A DNA stretch of 10,968 nt, taken from IMG/VR virus record IMGVR_UViG_2724679172_000013; one strand, 5' to 3'. Positions 8,105 through 10,968 of the stretch are shown here, piece by piece. Numbering within the stretch: the stretch's first letter is position 1; every line of letters starts with the position of its first letter. Source of the DNA: a virus (lineage: Duplodnaviria > Heunggongvirae > Uroviricota > Caudoviricetes). The notes below the pieces were generated by a model. That model had not been told where the DNA came from, did not search any database, and was given only the letters and a program-made list of their open reading frames with translations. The translations under genes were made by a program, and so were the position numbers.

Positions 8105-8291
8105 ACCCCACCACCGGGTGTTCAGGCCGACAGTAACTATATTATTCCCTACTGATTTTTGAAAATCAAAGGTCTTTATACGTCACACGAGAGCAAATAT
8201 TTCCGAAGAAGAAACCTTTCACCTTGAAAGGATAAAGAGTTCATTTCATAAATTGAAATATTCAATAAGAATATTGCAAAAAATGAAATTA

Positions 8292-8320
8292 TTTACTAGC
8301 GAGTCTATCTAACTGATAAT
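8292..8320 (+). promoter_or_regulatory. candidate sigma70 promoter for the 500-aa gene
   Basis: TTTACT (8292-8297), 17-bp spacer, GATAAT (8315-8320), inside a strongly AT-rich block upstream of ATG 8413. Sequence-only prediction. Confidence 0.3.
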
Positions 8321-8412
8321 TATGAAGATTGTAAGCGGTAGCAATCACCCGCATACACATTGAACAGGATTTAATACAAAACGTCTTAAATTGTCCGTAA
8401 GGAATAGCACGA

Positions 8413-9915
8413 ATGACTCAAACTCCTCTATTACTTGCAATCATATTTTTATTGGTTGTTCTTGTTCTTTATATAGCTGCAATCAAACGCATCAAAAAAA
8501 TACAATTAGAATTAAGTGATAGCAATCAAAAAAATGAAGAATACAAATCTCGCTTTGCAGATTATTTTAATGTAGAAGAAGAATGTAAGAAGCTTATTGA
8601 GAAAACAGAGCAAGAATGCTCCATAATAAAAGAAGAATCCCTAAAAGTAAAAGAAAATGCCAATAATGAACTAACAAACACCATTGAAAAAATGGATGGT
8701 ATCAATAAACAAATCCAAGAGCTAAGAAGAACTTATAAAGAGAAGAAAGAAATATATGATAAACTAGTAAGGCAAATTTCTATTTATTCAGAAGATGTTG
8801 AGCTAGCCGAACTAGGATTTTACGAACCTCATTTTAATTTTGAAGATTCAGAGCAATTTAAAAACAAAATAAAATCCATCAGGGATGAACAGAAATTAAT
8901 GCTGCGGGATAAAACCCACTCTGGCGCAGTATATTGTACAACCCAATGGACTGTTGAAGGCTCTCGAGCAGAGGGTAAAAAAATGACAGACAGAAATATC
9001 AGGCTAACTACTAGAGCATTTAATAATGAATGTGATGCTGCAATTAGCAATTGCACGTGGAAAAACATCACTAAAATGGAAGAACGCATCACAAAGGCAT
9101 TTGAGGCCATAAATAAACTAAACGAGCAAAATCACATATATATAAACACTAAATACCTCAATAAAAAACTTGAGGAATTGTGGCTTACCCATGAATATCG
9201 TGAGCAAAAACAGAAAGAAAAAGAAGAACAGGCAGAAATAAGGGCACAAATGAGAGAGGAGGAGCGTGCACAACGAGAAATAGAAAAGGCCATGCAAGAC
9301 GCAGAGGCAGAAGAGCGCCGTTATAAAAAAGCAATTGAAGCTGCAAGAAAGGAAATGGAAAAAGTTACTGGTGACATGAAGCAGCGCCTCGAAAATCGCA
9401 TTGCCGAACTAGAACAGAGTTTGTCGCAGGCTGAATCAAAGCATCAAAGAGCATTATCCATGGCACAACAAACCAAACAAGGTCATGTTTATATTATTTC
9501 GAACATAGGTTCTTTTGGGGAGAATGTTTATAAAATAGGCATGACACGACGTCTTGATCCGCAAGACCGTGTAAATGAGCTCGGTGATGCATCTGTTCCT
9601 TTTATTTTTGATGTACATGCCATGATTTATTCGGAGGACGCTCCATCATTAGAAAAAAAACTACATGATGTCTTCGATAAAAAGAGAGTCAATCTTGTAA
9701 ATCGTAGAAAAGAGTTTTTCTATGTTACTCTGGATGAGATCAAAGAAGCTGTTAAAAAACACTCTGATTCAGAAATTGAATTTATTGAGACAGCAGTCGC
9801 AAAAGACTTTAATGAGTCATTGGCTATTCGTAATCATGAAAATAAAAAAAGTGACAACAGCAACTCATCAATTATACCTGAGCGAAAAACCCCAGAGTTT
9901 GCAGATGCAATTTAA
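8413..9915 (+). CDS. membrane-anchored coiled-coil protein with C-terminal GIY-YIG-like (T5orf172-type) putative nuclease domain; candidate anti-phage defence / abortive-infection protein
   Basis: 500-aa ORF, opposite strand to flanking phage genes, visibly AT-rich. N-terminal TM helix (LLLAIIFLLVVLVLYIAAI), two long K/E-rich coiled-coil-like segments, and C-terminal GHVYIISNIGSFGENVYKIGMTRRLDPQDRVNELG. AAGGA RBS upstream. Confidence 0.85.
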   Translation: MTQTPLLLAIIFLLVVLVLYIAAIKRIKKIQLELSDSNQKNEEYKSRFADYFNVEEECKKLIEKTEQECSIIKEESLKVKENANNELTNTIEKMDGINKQIQELRRTYKEKKEIYDKLVRQISIYSEDVELAELGFYEPHFNFEDSEQFKNKIKSIRDEQKLMLRDKTHSGAVYCTTQWTVEGSRAEGKKMTDRNIRLTTRAFNNECDAAISNCTWKNITKMEERITKAFEAINKLNEQNHIYINTKYLNKKLEELWLTHEYREQKQKEKEEQAEIRAQMREEERAQREIEKAMQDAEAEERRYKKAIEAARKEMEKVTGDMKQRLENRIAELEQSLSQAESKHQRALSMAQQTKQGHVYIISNIGSFGENVYKIGMTRRLDPQDRVNELGDASVPFIFDVHAMIYSEDAPSLEKKLHDVFDKKRVNLVNRRKEFFYVTLDEIKEAVKKHSDSEIEFIETAVAKDFNESLAIRNHENKKSDNSNSSIIPERKTPEFADAI

Positions 9916-10163
9916 TTAATTTGTAGTAGCAATAAAGCAGGCATCGTTGAGAATATTTTGTCAGCGATGCTTACTTCTCTAACAAAAACGGTGATTACCA
10001 ACGAACTAACGGACTTCAGGTAATCATAAGACAAATGGAACGACTCTCCGGTGATTAGATCCCTGCAATAACAGTAATTTTCTACTAACTGAAAAATCTT
10101 TAACTGCCGCTCCTATTTCTAAGCTGACTGCTAGATTACATGGTGTGTTACCGATGAAAACCG

Positions 10164-10466
10164 TCACAGCAAGTTTAAGTTCATATCTCCATACACTGCC
10201 AACACTCGTTTCATCGCGGCACTCTGGCGACACTCCTTGAAAATCAGATTCGTGCTCACCTTTCCTTCCCGTTCTTCCCTGGTAGCGAACCGGTAATACA
10301 CCGTTCGCCAGACCTTACCATCAACGACCAAGATTCCTGCCCGTGCCATTTTAGCCGCAGCCTGATTTATACTGGTTACTGTTGCGCCTGTTACCGCAGC
10401 AACGTCCTGCGCACAGAAGCTCTTATGCGTCCCCAGGTAATGAATAATTGCCTCTTTGCCCGTCAT
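10164..10466 (-). CDS. ren: Ren-like protein
   Basis: MTGKEAIIHYLGTHKSFCAQDVAAVTGATVTSINQAAAKMARAGILVV... recognised as lambda Ren-like. ATG overlaps the P stop (ATGA), as in lambda. Confidence 0.85.
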   Translation of the reverse strand: MTGKEAIIHYLGTHKSFCAQDVAAVTGATVTSINQAAAKMARAGILVVDGKVWRTVYYRFATREEREGKVSTNLIFKECRQSAAMKRVLAVYGDMNLNLL

Positions 10467-10968
10467 ACAGTTGCTCCTTTCAGTCCGAACTTCGCTTTGA
10501 TTTCTGCGATCTTCGCCAGAGCCTGTGCACGATTTAGAGGTCTACCGCCCATGACAGGAAGTTGTTTTACTGGTTCAGGTATCGCCTCACCACGGTTAAT
10601 TCGCGCGGTCATACAAGTCAGTTCATCGGCAGCCTTGCGCCGTAATTCCGCATCAGTAAGCGCATTGGCCCGCATGTTCTGATACAGGTTGGTAACCAGC
10701 CAGTAGTGCGCGTTTGATTTCCACGGATAAGACTCTGCATCCGGATACAGGCCACGCTTCCGGCAATAGTTTGATTTCCACGGATAAGACTCTGCATCCG
10801 GATACAGGCCACGCTTCCGGCAATACTCGTAAACCATATCAACCAGCTCGCTGGTGTTTGGTAGTCCGGCAATAACGGATGCTTCTTCCCGGCACCAGGC
10901 TACAAACTGTCCGGGGGATGGCAGGAATGGTCGATTCTGCCGACGGGCTACGCGCATTCCTGCGTTAA
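10463..10968 (-). CDS. P: replication protein P (lambda P-like), 3' portion; ORF continues beyond the window edge
   Basis: ...RQNRPFLPSPGQFVAWCREEASVIAGLPN...MGGRPLNRAQALAKIAEIKAKFGLKGATV matches the lambda P C-terminal region from memory. Frame stays open upstream of the first in-window ATG to the window end. Contains a 19-aa in-frame tandem duplication. Confidence 0.85.
   Translation of the reverse strand, partial: NAGMRVARRQNRPFLPSPGQFVAWCREEASVIAGLPNTSELVDMVYEYCRKRGLYPDAESYPWKSNYCRKRGLYPDAESYPWKSNAHYWLVTNLYQNMRANALTDAELRRKAADELTCMTARINRGEAIPEPVKQLPVMGGRPLNRAQALAKIAEIKAKFGLKGATV
10712..10825. repeat. perfect tandem duplication, 2 x 57 bp, in frame within P
   Basis: 10712..10768 and 10769..10825 are identical by direct reading (gtttgatttccacggataagactctgcatccggatacaggccacgcttccggcaata). 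Encodes YCRKRGLYPDAESYPWKSN twice. Confidence 0.9.

Noticed and set aside
10024-10233. 69-aa minus-strand ORF
   Set aside because: Overlaps the 3' end of ren in another frame and has no RBS; shadow ORF.

Overview
The window reads as a lambdoid (DLP12 / phage-21 / lambda-like) prophage segment from an enterobacterium, most likely E. coli. On the minus strand the early-right to late gene order is recognisable: replication gene P (3' part, runs off the window) - ren - accessory region - ybcN - ninE - ybcO - rusA - ylcG - Q antiterminator - [porin nmpC on the opposite strand] - pinholin S - SAR endolysin R - Rz with embedded Rz1. On the plus strand at the left end are a partial YlcI-like gene and a YbcV-like (DUF1398) gene. 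The main hunt result is an AT-rich, opposite-strand gene (8413..9915) inserted between ren and the nin-type genes. It encodes a 500-aa protein with an N-terminal membrane anchor, long coiled coils and a C-terminal GIY-YIG-like (T5orf172-type) putative nuclease domain, which I propose as a candidate single-gene anti-phage defence or abortive-infection module. The same accessory region holds a Bro-N-like gene, an orphan 169-aa membrane protein, and two roughly 90-bp direct repeats about 93% identical with promoter-like and terminator-like features. Separately, the P gene carries a perfect in-frame 57-bp tandem duplication. All calls come from reading the ORF translations and the DNA by eye; no database search was run, so family names are from memory of signature motifs.
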